A DNA stretch of 64,000 bases from NCBI GenBank assembly GCA_963757765.1, contig CAVWSL010000013.1, positions 65,302-129,301 of the forward strand, written 5' to 3'. The stretch is from an uncultured Chloroflexia bacterium (GTDB lineage Bacteria; Chloroflexota; Limnocylindria; Limnocylindrales; CSP1-4). How positions within the stretch are numbered: position 1 is the stretch's first letter; each line of letters opens with the position of its first letter. Positions 16,495-27,093 of the stretch are shown in pieces. The position numbers and the translations under genes were made by a program. The notes under the pieces are model-generated. The model was not told the DNA's origin. It made no database searches and saw nothing but the letters and a program-made list of their open reading frames with translations.

Positions 16495-16944
16495 CTAGCC
16501 CACCCAGGCGTCGATGGCGCGGTCGTAGTCGAGCAGTTCCTCGGCCCGGAACCAGAGGGCGAGCTCACGTGCCGCGCTCTCGGGCGTGTCCGACGCGTGG
16601 ACCAGGTTCTGCCCGGTCTCGAGGGCGAAGTCGCCCCGGATGCTGCCTGGCGCCGCCTCGTGCGGTCGGGTCGCGCCGTTGATGGCCCGACACACGACGA
16701 TGGCGTTCAGTCCCTCGAACGCGAGCGCCACGAGGGGTGCCGACGTGATGAAGTCGACCAGGCCCCCGAAGAACGGCTTGGCGCGATGCTCGTCGTAGTG
16801 CTGCTCGGCGGTCCGACGGTCGGCCAGCATCAGCTTCAGGCCGACGAGGCGCAGGCCGCGCTGCTCGTAGCGCTCGACGAGGCGGCCCACAAGCAGCCGC
16901 TGGACACCGTCGGGCTTGATGAGGACGAGGGTGCGTTCGGTCAT
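16495..16944 (-). CDS. ndk: Nucleoside diphosphate kinase
   Basis: [16 protein letters not shown]...NLVHASD (catalytic His). 149 aa. 4-nt overlap with the upstream gene. Confidence 0.95.
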   Translation of the reverse strand: MTERTLVLIKPDGVQRLLVGRLVERYEQRGLRLVGLKLMLADRRTAEQHYDEHRAKPFFGGLVDFITSAPLVALAFEGLNAIVVCRAINGATRPHEAAPGSIRGDFALETGQNLVHASDTPESAARELALWFRAEELLDYDRAIDAWVG

Positions 16945-18095
16945 GACGACTCCATGGTGATGGCGCGCCCAGGCAGGGCGCGCAGGGCTTCCTGATAGGC
17001 ATCGGCCGCATCCTGGTCGCGGCCGAGACCCCGGTAGATGTCGCCCCGCAGCAGCTGCAACGACGCCGTGTTCGCGGTGCGCGCCGGGTCCGGGGGCGTA
17101 TCCCCGACGCCCTCGATGGCTCGCTCGGCGATGGACAGGATGACAGGTGCGAGCGAGGCGTCGAGTCGAAGGAGCAGCGCGAGGCGGTCGACCATCGAGC
17201 CGATGTCGCCACGCGCCAGGTCCGCCTCCGCGGCATCGAGATGCTCAACGGACTGGCGACCTGCCGACTGCAGCATGTCGGTCGTGGCGGTGGATCCGGT
17301 CAGACCCGATGCGCGTGTCCGCAGCGCGGCGCGTCCCGCGGCGCTGGTGTGCTGGATGCCCAGTGCATCGGACATCGTGCCCGGCGCGGTGGGCCACGTG
17401 CCCGGGTCGGGGTCGGCGACCTCGGCGCCACCCACCAGGAGGCCCCAGCGACCGGGCGCCCCGGCGCCCGTATCCATCCACCCGGGAGCAGCGACGGGCC
17501 AGACGGTGCTCCTGCGCTCGCCGGCGAAGAGCCGTTCGATGCCCTCACCGATGCGTTGCTGGACGAGCGTCGCGCGTTGTCGGGCGTCGAGGATCCGACC
17601 CTCGCGTTCCGCCTGCTCGGCGGCGATGAGGATGGCCATCGGCTCCTCGCCACCGACTGCCAGATGCGCCTCCGCGGCCTCCGCGGCACCCGCCAGGTCG
17701 CCACTGCGCCAGCGTGCCTCAGCGAGGTCCACGAGCGCCTCGCGATCGAGGGAGCTGGCACCGGCCATCTGCTCCAGCTCCGCGCGGGCGAGCGTGAGCA
17801 GGCCACCCCGCAGGTGGAGACGAGCCAGTCGGGCATCCGCGGTCCGGGGATGTACGGGTATCGCGGTCGGACGAGACTCCCGCGTGCGCCGAACGGGCTC
17901 AGGTGGCGGCAGCCGCTGGACCGGCTGCGTCTCGACGGACACGGTGGTGGGCGCGATCGGGCGGGGTGGCTGGCCAGTCGACATCACCAGCTCGTCGGCA
18001 TCCATGGCGGTGGTCGGATCGTCGACGCCGTTGGCCGGCTCCCTACCCTGGGCCGCATCGCCGATCGCGTCCGGCGCCGTGCGTGTGCGTCTCAC
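16941..18095 (-). CDS. Hypothetical protein, helical/TPR-like C-terminus
   Basis: 384-aa ORF coupled by GTGA/ATGA overlaps to the M16 peptidase and ndk genes. It has Ala/Leu-rich helical repeats ([27 protein letters not shown]). No family was recognised. Confidence 0.55.
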   Translation of the reverse strand: MRRTRTAPDAIGDAAQGREPANGVDDPTTAMDADELVMSTGQPPRPIAPTTVSVETQPVQRLPPPEPVRRTRESRPTAIPVHPRTADARLARLHLRGGLLTLARAELEQMAGASSLDREALVDLAEARWRSGDLAGAAEAAEAHLAVGGEEPMAILIAAEQAEREGRILDARQRATLVQQRIGEGIERLFAGERRSTVWPVAAPGWMDTGAGAPGRWGLLVGGAEVADPDPGTWPTAPGTMSDALGIQHTSAAGRAALRTRASGLTGSTATTDMLQSAGRQSVEHLDAAEADLARGDIGSMVDRLALLLRLDASLAPVILSIAERAIEGVGDTPPDPARTANTASLQLLRGDIYRGLGRDQDAADAYQEALRALPGRAITMESS

Positions 18096-19354
18096 GGCAG
18101 CCGGAGCGCCCGTTCCAGGGCACGCGTGCCGGCCCGGGGAGAGATGACCGACAACGACAGCTGCTCATCCCGGATGAGTCGCTGGGCGAGCGTTTGGATC
18201 TGGTCGGCCGTGACCGCGTCCAGCTCCCGCAGCGCCTCGTCGAGGGTGAGTACCCGTTGATGGAGCGCCTCCTGCGAGCCCAGCCAGGAGCACATGTGGC
18301 GGGTCTCCTCGAGCCGCATCTCCATCCGGCCGCTGACGTACGCGCGTGCCTTGTCCAGTTCGGCGGCCGAGACCCGCTCATCCCGGAGCCGCGACAGCTG
18401 GCCCATGATCGCCTCGAGCGCGCGGACCTGGTCATCGGGGTCGACGCCCGCATAGACCTGGAGCATGCCCGCGTCGGCATACTCGGTCTGGAACGAATGG
18501 ACGTCGTAGGCGAGCCCGGCTTCCTCGCGCACCGCCAGGAACAAACGTGATGACGAGCCATCTCCGAGCACCGCGTCGAGCAGCTCCAGCGTCCACTGGT
18601 CCGGATGGTCGCGGGGCAGCGCAGGCAGACCGAGGCACAGGTGCGCCTGGGCGGTCCTGCGGCGCTGGACCGCCATCCGGGAACAGGGTGCCTGGGTCGC
18701 CGGCAACCATGGTTCAGGGGCGCCGGAGCCGGCCCCGAAGCCGTCGCTGACCATATCCACGGCCTGCGCATGGGACAGGTCGCCGGCCACGGCGACGACC
18801 ATGTTCGAAGGCTGATAGCCCATCGCCCAGAAGGCCCGGATGCGCGCACCGTCGAGCGTCGCGACGGACGTCTCGTCGCCCGCGATCTCCCAGCCCAGGG
18901 GCGTGTCGCCGTAGAAGGACCGGTCGAACAGGTCGAACACGTACTGGCCAGGGTCGTCGCGGTAGGAGCGGATCTCCTCCACGATGATGTCGCGCTCGTG
19001 GAGCACGTCCTCGTCGCGCAGCAATGGCCGGACGAGCAGCTCCGAGAGCACATGGAACGCGCGCTCCGCGTGCCGCACCGGCAGGCGCACCCAGTAGACC
19101 GTGGTCTCCCGGTCCGTGGACGCGTTGGACGTGCCGCCGACCCCTTCGATGGCTTCCGACACGAGCCGTGAGGACGGCAGCGCCTGGGTGCCTCTGAAGG
19201 TGATGTGCTCCATGAAGTGGGCCAGCCCGGAGTCCGGACGACGCTCATGCCGCGATCCGACCAGCACGGTCACCGCGACCGAGAGCGAACGCGTACCCGG
19301 CATCCGGGCCGAGATGACGCGCGGCCCTCCGGGTAGCTGGGTGCGCTCGAACAT
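18092..19354 (-). CDS. M16 (pitrilysin/insulinase) family zinc peptidase
   Basis: Inverted zinc motif HFMEH, followed by ...E...NA.T. 420 aa, two-lobed M16 layout. Confidence 0.85.
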   Translation of the reverse strand: MFERTQLPGGPRVISARMPGTRSLSVAVTVLVGSRHERRPDSGLAHFMEHITFRGTQALPSSRLVSEAIEGVGGTSNASTDRETTVYWVRLPVRHAERAFHVLSELLVRPLLRDEDVLHERDIIVEEIRSYRDDPGQYVFDLFDRSFYGDTPLGWEIAGDETSVATLDGARIRAFWAMGYQPSNMVVAVAGDLSHAQAVDMVSDGFGAGSGAPEPWLPATQAPCSRMAVQRRRTAQAHLCLGLPALPRDHPDQWTLELLDAVLGDGSSSRLFLAVREEAGLAYDVHSFQTEYADAGMLQVYAGVDPDDQVRALEAIMGQLSRLRDERVSAAELDKARAYVSGRMEMRLEETRHMCSWLGSQEALHQRVLTLDEALRELDAVTADQIQTLAQRLIRDEQLSLSVISPRAGTRALERALRLP

Positions 19355-19443
19355 CCGGCGAATGCTACACGGGCGTACGGTCGAGCCCGGTCATCCGGCA
19401 TCGGGCCCCGACCGGTGGCGCGGTAACGTCGTGGCCGCGGCGG

Positions 19444-19917
19444 TCAGCTGCCGCCAGCCGCCCCGTCGGTCGTGTCGCGCCCCGACTCGGGCTCGTCAGG
19501 GTCCGCGACGGAGAGCTCCATCTGGATGTACTGCGACAAGGGGTCCAGCGGCAGCGACTGCTGGACGGACCCATCATCGGTGCTGTGGACACCGGGCGTG
19601 AACTCGAGGACCACGCGCTCGTCGCCTTGCACCAGGGTGTACCCCAGCAGCTGGTCGGGCCGGGTGTCGAACTCGAGGTGCTCCCAGGAGTCGACGTTGA
19701 TGCAGATCGACAGGGGCGTGAAGAACGACGAGACGCCCGGCTGGTCGACCACGATCCGCTCCACCCAGCCGGTCCCCGCGGTGACGAGCGTGATGCCCCG
19801 GAAGTAGCGATACGAGACGGTCTGCTTGAGCAACGGCCGCAGCAGATGATGCATGTCGACGCGGCCGGTGACGATGCCGCTGTTGACGAAGAACCTGGCG
19901 GCGGGCTCGGTGGACAT
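19444..19917 (-). CDS. Hypothetical protein (157 aa)
   Basis: Protein-like sequence begins at MSTEPAARFFVNSGIVTGRV (ATG at 19917). The rest of the 448-aa tracked ORF is antisense to coaX and has Arg/Gly/Asp-rich junk composition. Confidence 0.55.
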   Translation of the reverse strand: MSTEPAARFFVNSGIVTGRVDMHHLLRPLLKQTVSYRYFRGITLVTAGTGWVERIVVDQPGVSSFFTPLSICINVDSWEHLEFDTRPDQLLGYTLVQGDERVVLEFTPGVHSTDDGSVQQSLPLDPLSQYIQMELSVADPDEPESGRDTTDGAAGGS

Positions 19918-20034
19918 CGACGCGATGGTAGCGACCCGGCGAGGGCCGTGGGAGCCGCGCTGACCGGCACGGAGCCGCGCCGACCACGGCGCCCGACGCG
20001 CAAGGCCCGCCGGCCGGACACCTATCATCGCGTC

Positions 20035-20784
20035 ATGGTCACGTGCATCGATGTCGGCAACACGGACATCAAGATCGCCCAGGTCAGCGGGGGGATGGTC
20101 GGGCGGGTCTCGCGGACGCCCACCTCGCTCGACCCCCACACGGCCGCCGACCGGTTGCCGCTCGGTGGTCCGGCGGCCATCGCAGCCGCCCACGTCGCGC
20201 TCGTGAGCGTCGTGCCGGCCTGGACCCTGGCCGTCCGGGATATCGTCGGAGGTCTGGGCTGGAGCCTGCTCGAGGCCGATGCGACGACCATCCCCATCGA
20301 GGTCGACCTGGCGCACCCGGAGCGGGTCGGCGCAGACCGCCTCCTGGGCGCCTGGACGGCACGCGAGCTGTTCGGGGCACCCGTGATCGTCATCGATGTC
20401 GGCACCGCGACCACCATCGACGTCGTCGATGCCGGCGGCATGTTCGTGGGCGGGGCGATCCTGCCCGGGCCACGCCTCGCGATCCGGGCGCTCGGCAGCA
20501 CGGCGTTGCTGCCCGGCGTGGCGGCGAAGGTCCCGGAGCGGGCCATCGGCCGGGATACCGTCGAGGCCATCCAGTCGGGCGTGGTCCTGGGACACCTTGC
20601 GGCCGTCGCCGGGCTGGTGGCGCTCATGACCGCCGAGCTGAGTGGTTCGGTCGAGCCGACCGTGATCCTCACGGGTGGTGGCTCGACCGCCCTGGGGTCC
20701 ATCGACAGCGTCCACCGCGTCGAGCCCGACCTCCTGCTCCGGGGGCTCGCGATGCTTGCAGAGCGCGTGGCGGTGACGCCGTGA
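20035..20784 (+). CDS. coaX: Type III pantothenate kinase
   Basis: Contains MVTCIDVGNTDIKIA, ERVGADRL, VIVIDVGTATTIDVV and GGILPG. 249 aa. A TATCAT -10 box ends 6 nt before the ATG. Confidence 0.9.
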   Translation: MVTCIDVGNTDIKIAQVSGGMVGRVSRTPTSLDPHTAADRLPLGGPAAIAAAHVALVSVVPAWTLAVRDIVGGLGWSLLEADATTIPIEVDLAHPERVGADRLLGAWTARELFGAPVIVIDVGTATTIDVVDAGGMFVGGAILPGPRLAIRALGSTALLPGVAAKVPERAIGRDTVEAIQSGVVLGHLAAVAGLVALMTAELSGSVEPTVILTGGGSTALGSIDSVHRVEPDLLLRGLAMLAERVAVTP

Positions 20785-22085
20785 CCACACCGACGCAGGG
20801 GCCTCTCGAGGGGCGCCTGGTGCTGTTGGGCATCACCGGGTCCATCGCGGCCTACAAGGGCGCCGAGCTGGTGCGCCTGCTGACCGCGGCCGGGGCCGAC
20901 GTCCAGGTGCTCATGACGCATACCGCGAGCGCGTTCATCGGGCCGCTCACGCTCGAGACGCTGAGCCGTCGGCGGGTGATGCTCGATGCGCTCGAGCTGT
21001 TGCCCGATCGGCGTATCGGTCACATCGTGGCCGCCGATACGGCCGACGCGATCCTGGTCGCACCCGCCACCGCGCGCTGGATGGCGGCGATGGCGACCGG
21101 CCTGTCGGACGACGTCATCACGGCCACCTGCCTTGCCTCGACCGCGCCCGTCGTCGTGGCGCCGGCCATGGATGGGGACATGTACGCCCACCCCGCGACA
21201 CGCGCGAACGCGGCGACCCTGGCGAGCTTCGGCTACCGGATCATCGAGCCGGACTTCGGACCCCTCGCTTCGGGCGGCATCGGCCGAGGACGACTCGCGG
21301 AGCTGCCCCTGCTCGTGGACGCGGTCGTCGAGGCTATCGGTGGCCGACCGGTGCGCGAAGCCGAGCATGCTCGTCGCCCGCCCGTGACCGCCGTCGACCG
21401 CCTCCTGGACCTCGCTGGCTGGCACATCGTGGTCACGGCGGGTGGCACCGCCGAACCGATCGACCCCGTGCGTTTCATCGGCAACCGCTCCACCGGGCGG
21501 ATGGGCGTCGCCATCGCCGAGGCCGCCCTTGCCCGGGGTGCGAGCGTGACGCTCATCCACGGCATGACGAGCGTGCCACTGCCGGAAGCCGCCACGCTCG
21601 TCGATGCGCCGACCACCACCCGGATGCGGGATGCGGTGCTGGCGGTCCTGCCGTCGGCCGATGCCCTGGTCATGGCCGCTGCTGTGTCGGACTTCCGGCC
21701 CGTGACCCGTGCATCGACCAAGCTGGCTCGGGGCGCGGGACTGACGCTCGAACTGGAGCCGACCCAGGATATCCTGGCCGAAGCGTCTGCGTCCGCATAT
21801 CGGGCCGCGGGGACCACCGATGACCCCACCACCCGCACCATCCTGGTCGGATTCGCCGCCGAGACCGGCTCGCTGGAGCGTGCCCCGGAGAAGGCCGCAC
21901 GCAAGGGCGTCGACCTGCTCGTCGCGAACGATGTCTCGGAACCCGGATCGGGCTTCGGCACGGACACCAACCGGGTGACCATCATCGCACCCGGGGCGCC
22001 ACCCGATCCGTGGCCACAGCTGACCAAGGTCGAGGTCGCGCATCGCCTGCTGGACCGGATCTCGGAGTTGCGTCGAGTGCCCTGA
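20781..22085 (+). CDS. coaBC: Bifunctional phosphopantothenoylcysteine decarboxylase / phosphopantothenate-cysteine ligase
   Basis: LLGITGSIAAYKGAELVRLL flavoprotein domain plus a C-terminal CoaB domain (ITAGGTAEPIDPVRFIGNRSTGRMG). GTG start overlapping the coaX stop. Confidence 0.9.
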   Translation: MTTPTQGPLEGRLVLLGITGSIAAYKGAELVRLLTAAGADVQVLMTHTASAFIGPLTLETLSRRRVMLDALELLPDRRIGHIVAADTADAILVAPATARWMAAMATGLSDDVITATCLASTAPVVVAPAMDGDMYAHPATRANAATLASFGYRIIEPDFGPLASGGIGRGRLAELPLLVDAVVEAIGGRPVREAEHARRPPVTAVDRLLDLAGWHIVVTAGGTAEPIDPVRFIGNRSTGRMGVAIAEAALARGASVTLIHGMTSVPLPEAATLVDAPTTTRMRDAVLAVLPSADALVMAAAVSDFRPVTRASTKLARGAGLTLELEPTQDILAEASASAYRAAGTTDDPTTRTILVGFAAETGSLERAPEKAARKGVDLLVANDVSEPGSGFGTDTNRVTIIAPGAPPDPWPQLTKVEVAHRLLDRISELRRVP

Positions 22086-22169
22086 GCCAGGGCGGCTGGT
22101 CGAGCCGCGCGGCCCATCGATCCGCGCATCGCGCGACGGCACTGGCGCGTGGGGTGCATCATCGTGGGC

Positions 22170-23081
22170 ATGAGTGCGACCACGCCCGAGCGCCGTCTGA
22201 CCGTCTCCGACATCACCCGGATGCATGCCGACGGGCTGCGCATCCCGATGCTCACCGCCTACGACTATCCGACCGCGCAGATCGTGGACGAGGCAGGCAT
22301 CCCCATGATCCTCGTCGGCGACTCGCTGGGCGAGGTGCTGCTGGGCTACGAGTCGACGGTCCGGGTGACCATCGAAGAGATGCTCCACCACACCAAGGCC
22401 GTGGTCCGGGGCACGAAGCACTCGCTCATCGTCGGCGACATGCCCTTCCTCACGTATGCCACCGTGGATGAGGCCCTGGAGAACGCCGGCCGTTTCATGC
22501 GTGAGGCAGGCACGGGCGCTGTCAAGGTGGAGGGCGGCGTGCGCAGCGCCCGCATCATCGAGACCCTGGTCCGTGCTGGCATCCCGGTCATGGGCCACAT
22601 CGGCTGGACACCCCAGGCGAAGTACGGGATGGGCGGCAAGACCCGTGTCCAGGGCAAGGACCGTGATCAGGCACGCTCGCAGCTCGCCGACGCGCTCGCG
22701 GTGCAAGAGGCAGGTGCATTCGCGATCGTCCTGGAGCTGATGCCCGACCAGCTGGCTGCCGCCATCACCGAGCGGCTGCGCATCCCGACCATCGGCATCG
22801 GTGCCGGTGTCCACTGTTCCGGTCAGGTCCAGGTCATCACGGACCTGCTGGGCCTGGGATCATTCATCCCCCGCCACGCCCGACCCTATGCGCATCTGCG
22901 GGAGACGATCGCGGAGGCGGCCCGGGCGTATGCGGCGGACGTCGTCGCCGGCGAGTTCCCAGGCGCCGAGCAGTCCACCCGCATGGACCAGACGGTGCTG
23001 GCCGATACCCTGGGCGAGGGCTCCCTCGATCGGGCTGGCACGGATGAGCCGATGTCCATCCCGCTCGACCGCGACCTCTAG
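22170..23081 (+). CDS. panB: 3-methyl-2-oxobutanoate hydroxymethyltransferase
   Basis: Contains MLTAYDYPTAQIVDEAGIPMILVGDSLG, VGDMPF, VKVEGG and GHIGWTPQ. Confidence 0.9.
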   Translation: MSATTPERRLTVSDITRMHADGLRIPMLTAYDYPTAQIVDEAGIPMILVGDSLGEVLLGYESTVRVTIEEMLHHTKAVVRGTKHSLIVGDMPFLTYATVDEALENAGRFMREAGTGAVKVEGGVRSARIIETLVRAGIPVMGHIGWTPQAKYGMGGKTRVQGKDRDQARSQLADALAVQEAGAFAIVLELMPDQLAAAITERLRIPTIGIGAGVHCSGQVQVITDLLGLGSFIPRHARPYAHLRETIAEAARAYAADVVAGEFPGAEQSTRMDQTVLADTLGEGSLDRAGTDEPMSIPLDRDL

Positions 23082-23120
23082 GCTTCGACGGATCCTCGTC
23101 CGCATGGCCCTCGCTCCTCG

Positions 23121-23975
23121 ATGACCGCTGTCCTGCGCACCCGCGCCGAGCTGCGCACGGCGCTCGCGAGCCTCCCCCACCCGATCGGACTGGTGCCGAC
23201 CATGGGCTGGCTCCACGACGGTCATCGCTCGCTGTTCCGCCAGGCGCGAACCGCGAACGCCACGACCGTGGCCACCATCTTCGTCAACCCCCGACAGTTC
23301 GGTGACCCCGCAGACCTCGCGCGCTATCCGCGCAGCGAGGCACGCGACGTGGCCATCTGCACCGACGAAGGGGTCGATGTCGTGTGGGCGCCGCCCGTGG
23401 ACGAGGTCTACCACCCGGGGTTCGACACCCTCGTCTCCGTGGGCGCCATCTCGCGACCCCTGGAAGGCGCGGCGCGGCCGGGCCATTTCGACGGTGTCGC
23501 CACGGTGGTCGCGATCCTGTTCGGGCTCATCGGAGCGGAGCACGCGTACTTCGGCCAGAAGGACGCCCAGCAGGTGATGGTCCTGCGGCGGATGGCCCTT
23601 GACCTGGCGCTGCCCACGCGGGTCATCGCGTGTCCCACCGTGCGTGAGCCGGATGGGCTGGCACTATCGTCCCGCAACGTCCACCTGACGCCGGAGCAGC
23701 GGGCCGCGGCACCCGTGCTCCACGGGGCCCTGGTCGCGGCGCGCGACCGCTGGGCCGAGGGCGAGCGTTCGGCGGACGTACTGCGCGCCACCATGCTCGA
23801 CGTCCTGGGGACACAGCCGCGCGCTGCCGTCGAGTACGTGTCGGTCGCGGACGGGGCAACGCTGCGGGAGCTCGACCGTGTCGACGGGCCAGCACTGCTG
23901 TCGATGGCGGTCGCCTTCGGCACGACCCGCCTCATCGACAACGAGCTGCTCGACGGTTCAGCCGGGGCTCCGTAG
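23121..23975 (+). CDS. panC: Pantoate-beta-alanine ligase
   Basis: Contains LVPTMGWLHDGHRSL, IFVNPRQF, YFGQKDAQQ and SSRN. Confidence 0.9.
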   Translation: MTAVLRTRAELRTALASLPHPIGLVPTMGWLHDGHRSLFRQARTANATTVATIFVNPRQFGDPADLARYPRSEARDVAICTDEGVDVVWAPPVDEVYHPGFDTLVSVGAISRPLEGAARPGHFDGVATVVAILFGLIGAEHAYFGQKDAQQVMVLRRMALDLALPTRVIACPTVREPDGLALSSRNVHLTPEQRAAAPVLHGALVAARDRWAEGERSADVLRATMLDVLGTQPRAAVEYVSVADGATLRELDRVDGPALLSMAVAFGTTRLIDNELLDGSAGAP

Positions 23976-24920
23976 CCGGTCGAGACCCAGGAGCATGGCG
24001 CCCATGACCGGCGCGGTCTGGAGCACCGAGATGCGCGCGCCCGGAGCGACCTCGTGGACACCAGCCGTGATGCGCTCGATGACGTGCGCCGGTGCGTTCT
24101 GGAGGACGGAACCCGCCAGCACCACGGGCACCGCGGCGCGCAGGAGGTGGAGGCGCCGGACAGCCGCGACCACGAACGCGATGATCTCGTCGGCGAGCGC
24201 GTCCGCGATGGCGATGGAGGCCACATCCCCCTGGCGCAGGCCATCGAACACGAGTGGCGCGAGCTCCCGCACCTGCTCCTCGGTCAGGTCGCCGCGATAC
24301 AGCGCGAGGGTCACGGCCATCGGGCTGCGGAGGCCGAAGAAGGCCGGCACGCTGCGCTCGAGGAGGGTCCGCGGGCCGCGACCATCACGTGCCCGCACCG
24401 CTGCCCCCAACGCACCCCAGCCCAGCTCGTCGCCGCCCGCGCGGTCGCCGCTGATCTGGCCCAGTGCCGCGAACTGGGCCACCCGGCCGTCGGGCGCGAC
24501 GCCCACCGCGTTGATGCCCGCACCGCAGATGACACCCACGCCCCAGGAATCGTCGGTGCCGGCTCGCAGCGGCGCGTAGGTGTCATTCCGGATGATGAGC
24601 TCGGGTGCCAGCCCCAGCGCATCCATGGCGCGTGTGAGCAGGCGCACCTCGGACCGATGATCGGCCCCCGCAAGGCACATCGCCGCGACGCGCGCAACGG
24701 GCCGAAGCCCGGGCGCGAGCCCGGCCGCGGCCAGCGCCTCGTCGACGAGCGCCCCAAGGCGCGCCATCGCATCGTCGAGCGGCACCTGCTGGTGGGAGAT
24801 GGTGGCGCCGCGGACCTGGGCGAGGAGGCGACCGGTCGCATCTGCCAGCACCAGCTCCGTCTTGGAATTGCCGCCATCGACGCCCACCACCGCGACCGGC
24901 GCGACGGATCTCGTGGTCAC
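23958..24920 (-). CDS. BadF/BadG/BcrA/BcrD-type ATPase (N-acetylglucosamine-kinase-like sugar kinase)
   Basis: Contains VVGVDGGNSKTELVLAD and VICGAGINAVG, an ASKHA-fold pattern. 320 aa. Its 3' end overlaps the panC 3' end by 18 nt (convergent). Confidence 0.7.
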   Translation of the reverse strand: MTTRSVAPVAVVGVDGGNSKTELVLADATGRLLAQVRGATISHQQVPLDDAMARLGALVDEALAAAGLAPGLRPVARVAAMCLAGADHRSEVRLLTRAMDALGLAPELIIRNDTYAPLRAGTDDSWGVGVICGAGINAVGVAPDGRVAQFAALGQISGDRAGGDELGWGALGAAVRARDGRGPRTLLERSVPAFFGLRSPMAVTLALYRGDLTEEQVRELAPLVFDGLRQGDVASIAIADALADEIIAFVVAAVRRLHLLRAAVPVVLAGSVLQNAPAHVIERITAGVHEVAPGARISVLQTAPVMGAMLLGLDRLRSPG

Positions 24921-25699
24921 ACGCGGTCGCGCCGACCGTCCGCGCCCTCCGCGATGGCGATGCGGGCCACGTCCCGCTCCACATATGTCCGCGTCCCGTC
25001 GCCCCTGATCCAGGACCGGCCGTACTCCACAGCGCGACCCGCCTGGTCATCCGCGATGCCCTCGATGAGCAGACCTGTCCGGCCCGACTCCAGCCCCAGC
25101 AGGCGTGCCTCCCGGCCGGTCAGGAGCACCGGCTCGATCCATTCCCGGGCACGCACGACGCGGACGGCGTACAGCGTCCGGAGCGTCTCGTACAACGACG
25201 CGTGGCGGAAGTCGTGATCGGCGAGCCCTGGGAAGCGGCTCGCATCGAGCTGCACCTGCTCCAGCAGCAGCGGCACGCCACCCGCGACCCGCAGCCGCTC
25301 GAGCTCGATGGTGGGCGCAGAGGGGTCGATCATGAGCGCCCGGGCGGCAGGCTCCCCGGCCACCGCGATGCCACAGCTGACGACCTGGGTCGTCGAGTCG
25401 AGGCCCTGCCGACGCATCTCCTCGGAGAAGCTCATCGCCCCGAGCAGCGGGAACTCGATGGCTGGTCGGGTGACGAACGTGCCACGCCCGCGGGTGCGCT
25501 CCAGGCGTCGCTCGCGGACGAGGTCCGTGAGGGCGCGTCGAACGGTGATGAGGCTGCAACCGTACTCGTCGGCGAGCTCCCGCTCGGTTGGCAGGCGGCC
25601 ACCCGGCTGCCACTCCCCGGCGTCGAGGGCGAGCGTGAGGTCCAGGTAGACCTGATGGTGCAACGGTACCGGCCCTGGTTCCAGTCGTCGACGCGGCAT
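24917..25699 (-). CDS. GntR family regulator, HutC subfamily (UTRA effector domain)
   Basis: LPTERELADEYGCSLITVRRALTDLVRERRLERTRGRGTFV plus a UTRA-like C-terminus. I prefer the ATG at 25699 over the TTG at 25711. Confidence 0.85.
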   Translation of the reverse strand: MPRRRLEPGPVPLHHQVYLDLTLALDAGEWQPGGRLPTERELADEYGCSLITVRRALTDLVRERRLERTRGRGTFVTRPAIEFPLLGAMSFSEEMRRQGLDSTTQVVSCGIAVAGEPAARALMIDPSAPTIELERLRVAGGVPLLLEQVQLDASRFPGLADHDFRHASLYETLRTLYAVRVVRAREWIEPVLLTGREARLLGLESGRTGLLIEGIADDQAGRAVEYGRSWIRGDGTRTYVERDVARIAIAEGADGRRDRV

Positions 25700-25788
25700 G
25701 GTTGATGACAATGTTATAAGGAACTCCGGAACGCAAGCCCTGAAGTTGGGCGCCGCTGGCCGGACAGCAGCACACAGGAGACGGGTGG

Positions 25789-27081
25789 ATGGGACTCAAG
25801 GTCGCGGTCGTGGGTGGCGGGAGCACCTATACCCCGGAGCTCATCGAGGGCATCGCCCGTCGTGCGGGCGTGCTGCCGGTCGACGAGCTGGTGCTGCTCG
25901 ACCCGTCCGCCGAGCGCCTGGCCGTGGTGGCAGGTCTCGCCCGGAGGATGCTGGCGCGGGCCGGGTCGACGGTCCGGGTCACCGAGACCGCTGACGCGAC
26001 CGCGGCCATCGATGGCGCCGCGTTCGTGCTCGTCCAACTGCGCATCGGTGGCCAGGCGGCCCGGATGCTCGATGAGACGCTGCCGCTGCGCTTCGACTGC
26101 GTGGGCCAGGAGACCACCGGACCGGGTGGCTTCGCGAAGGCGCTCCGCACCGTGCCGGTCGTGTTGGACCTCGCTGACCTGGCCGATCGCCGAGCCGCGC
26201 CTGGCGCCTGGCTGGTCGACTTCACCAACCCGGTGGGCATCGTGACCCAGGCCCTCCTCGACCGGGGCCATCGGGCCATCGGCCTGTGCAACGTAGCCAT
26301 CAACTTCCAGCGCGGGCTGGCCGCCCGGCTCGGGGTGGCGCCTCAGCGGGTGGTCCTCGACCATGTCGGGCTCAACCACCTGACCTGGATCCGGGCAGTG
26401 ACCGTCGATGGCGTCGACCACCTTCCGCGCCTCCTGGAGGAGGGGCTCGAGGACATCCAGGACGAGCTGCCGATGGAGCTGATGCGCACGCTTGGCGCCA
26501 TCCCGTCCTACTACCTTCGCTACTACTACGCCAGCCGCGAGGTCATCGCCGAGGAACGGTCACGGCCCAGTCGCGCCGAGGACGTCATGGCCATCGAGGG
26601 GCAGCTGCTCGAGCTCTATCGCGACCCGACGCTCGACACCTCCCCCGACCTGCTGCGCCAGCGGGGTGGCGCCTACTACAGCGAGGCCGCCGCGCAGCTC
26701 ATCACCTCGCTCCATGCCGGCACCGGGGACACCCAGGTCGTGAACGTGCGCAACCAGGGAGCGATCCCGGACCTGCCCCCCGATGCCGTGGTCGAGCTGC
26801 CGGCCCGCATCGGCCGGGACGGCGCCACGCCCATCCCCACGGCTCCCCTTGCGCCCGAGATGCGCGGTCTTGTGCAGCACGCCAAGGCATACGAGGAGCT
26901 GGCCATACAGGCGGCGGTGACCGGCGATCGGCAGGTCGCGTTCCGGGCGCTGCTGACGAACCCGCTCGTGCCGGACGCCGCCACAGCGGAGCTGCTCCTG
27001 GGTGCCATCCTCGACGAGGGCCGAGCCCACCTGCCGCGCTTCCTGCCCGGTCGAGGGCAGCCGAGCGATGAGCGGCGTTGA
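25789..27081 (+). CDS. GH4 family 6-phospho-beta-glucosidase
   Basis: Contains KVAVVGGGSTYTPELIEG (NAD-binding), GLCNVAI and HVGLNHLTW. 430 aa, with an AGGAG RBS. Confidence 0.85.
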   Translation: MGLKVAVVGGGSTYTPELIEGIARRAGVLPVDELVLLDPSAERLAVVAGLARRMLARAGSTVRVTETADATAAIDGAAFVLVQLRIGGQAARMLDETLPLRFDCVGQETTGPGGFAKALRTVPVVLDLADLADRRAAPGAWLVDFTNPVGIVTQALLDRGHRAIGLCNVAINFQRGLAARLGVAPQRVVLDHVGLNHLTWIRAVTVDGVDHLPRLLEEGLEDIQDELPMELMRTLGAIPSYYLRYYYASREVIAEERSRPSRAEDVMAIEGQLLELYRDPTLDTSPDLLRQRGGAYYSEAAAQLITSLHAGTGDTQVVNVRNQGAIPDLPPDAVVELPARIGRDGATPIPTAPLAPEMRGLVQHAKAYEELAIQAAVTGDRQVAFRALLTNPLVPDAATAELLLGAILDEGRAHLPRFLPGRGQPSDERR

Positions 27082-27093
27082 AGGCCGTTCATG

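Noticed and set aside
19444-20790. 448-aa minus-strand ORF
   Set aside because: Only the last 157 codons (from the ATG at 19917) look like protein. The rest is antisense to coaX.
20025-22814. 929-aa ORF on the minus strand
   Set aside because: It is antisense to coaX, coaBC and panB, which all carry clear family motifs. Its composition is Arg/Gly/Asp/His-rich junk.
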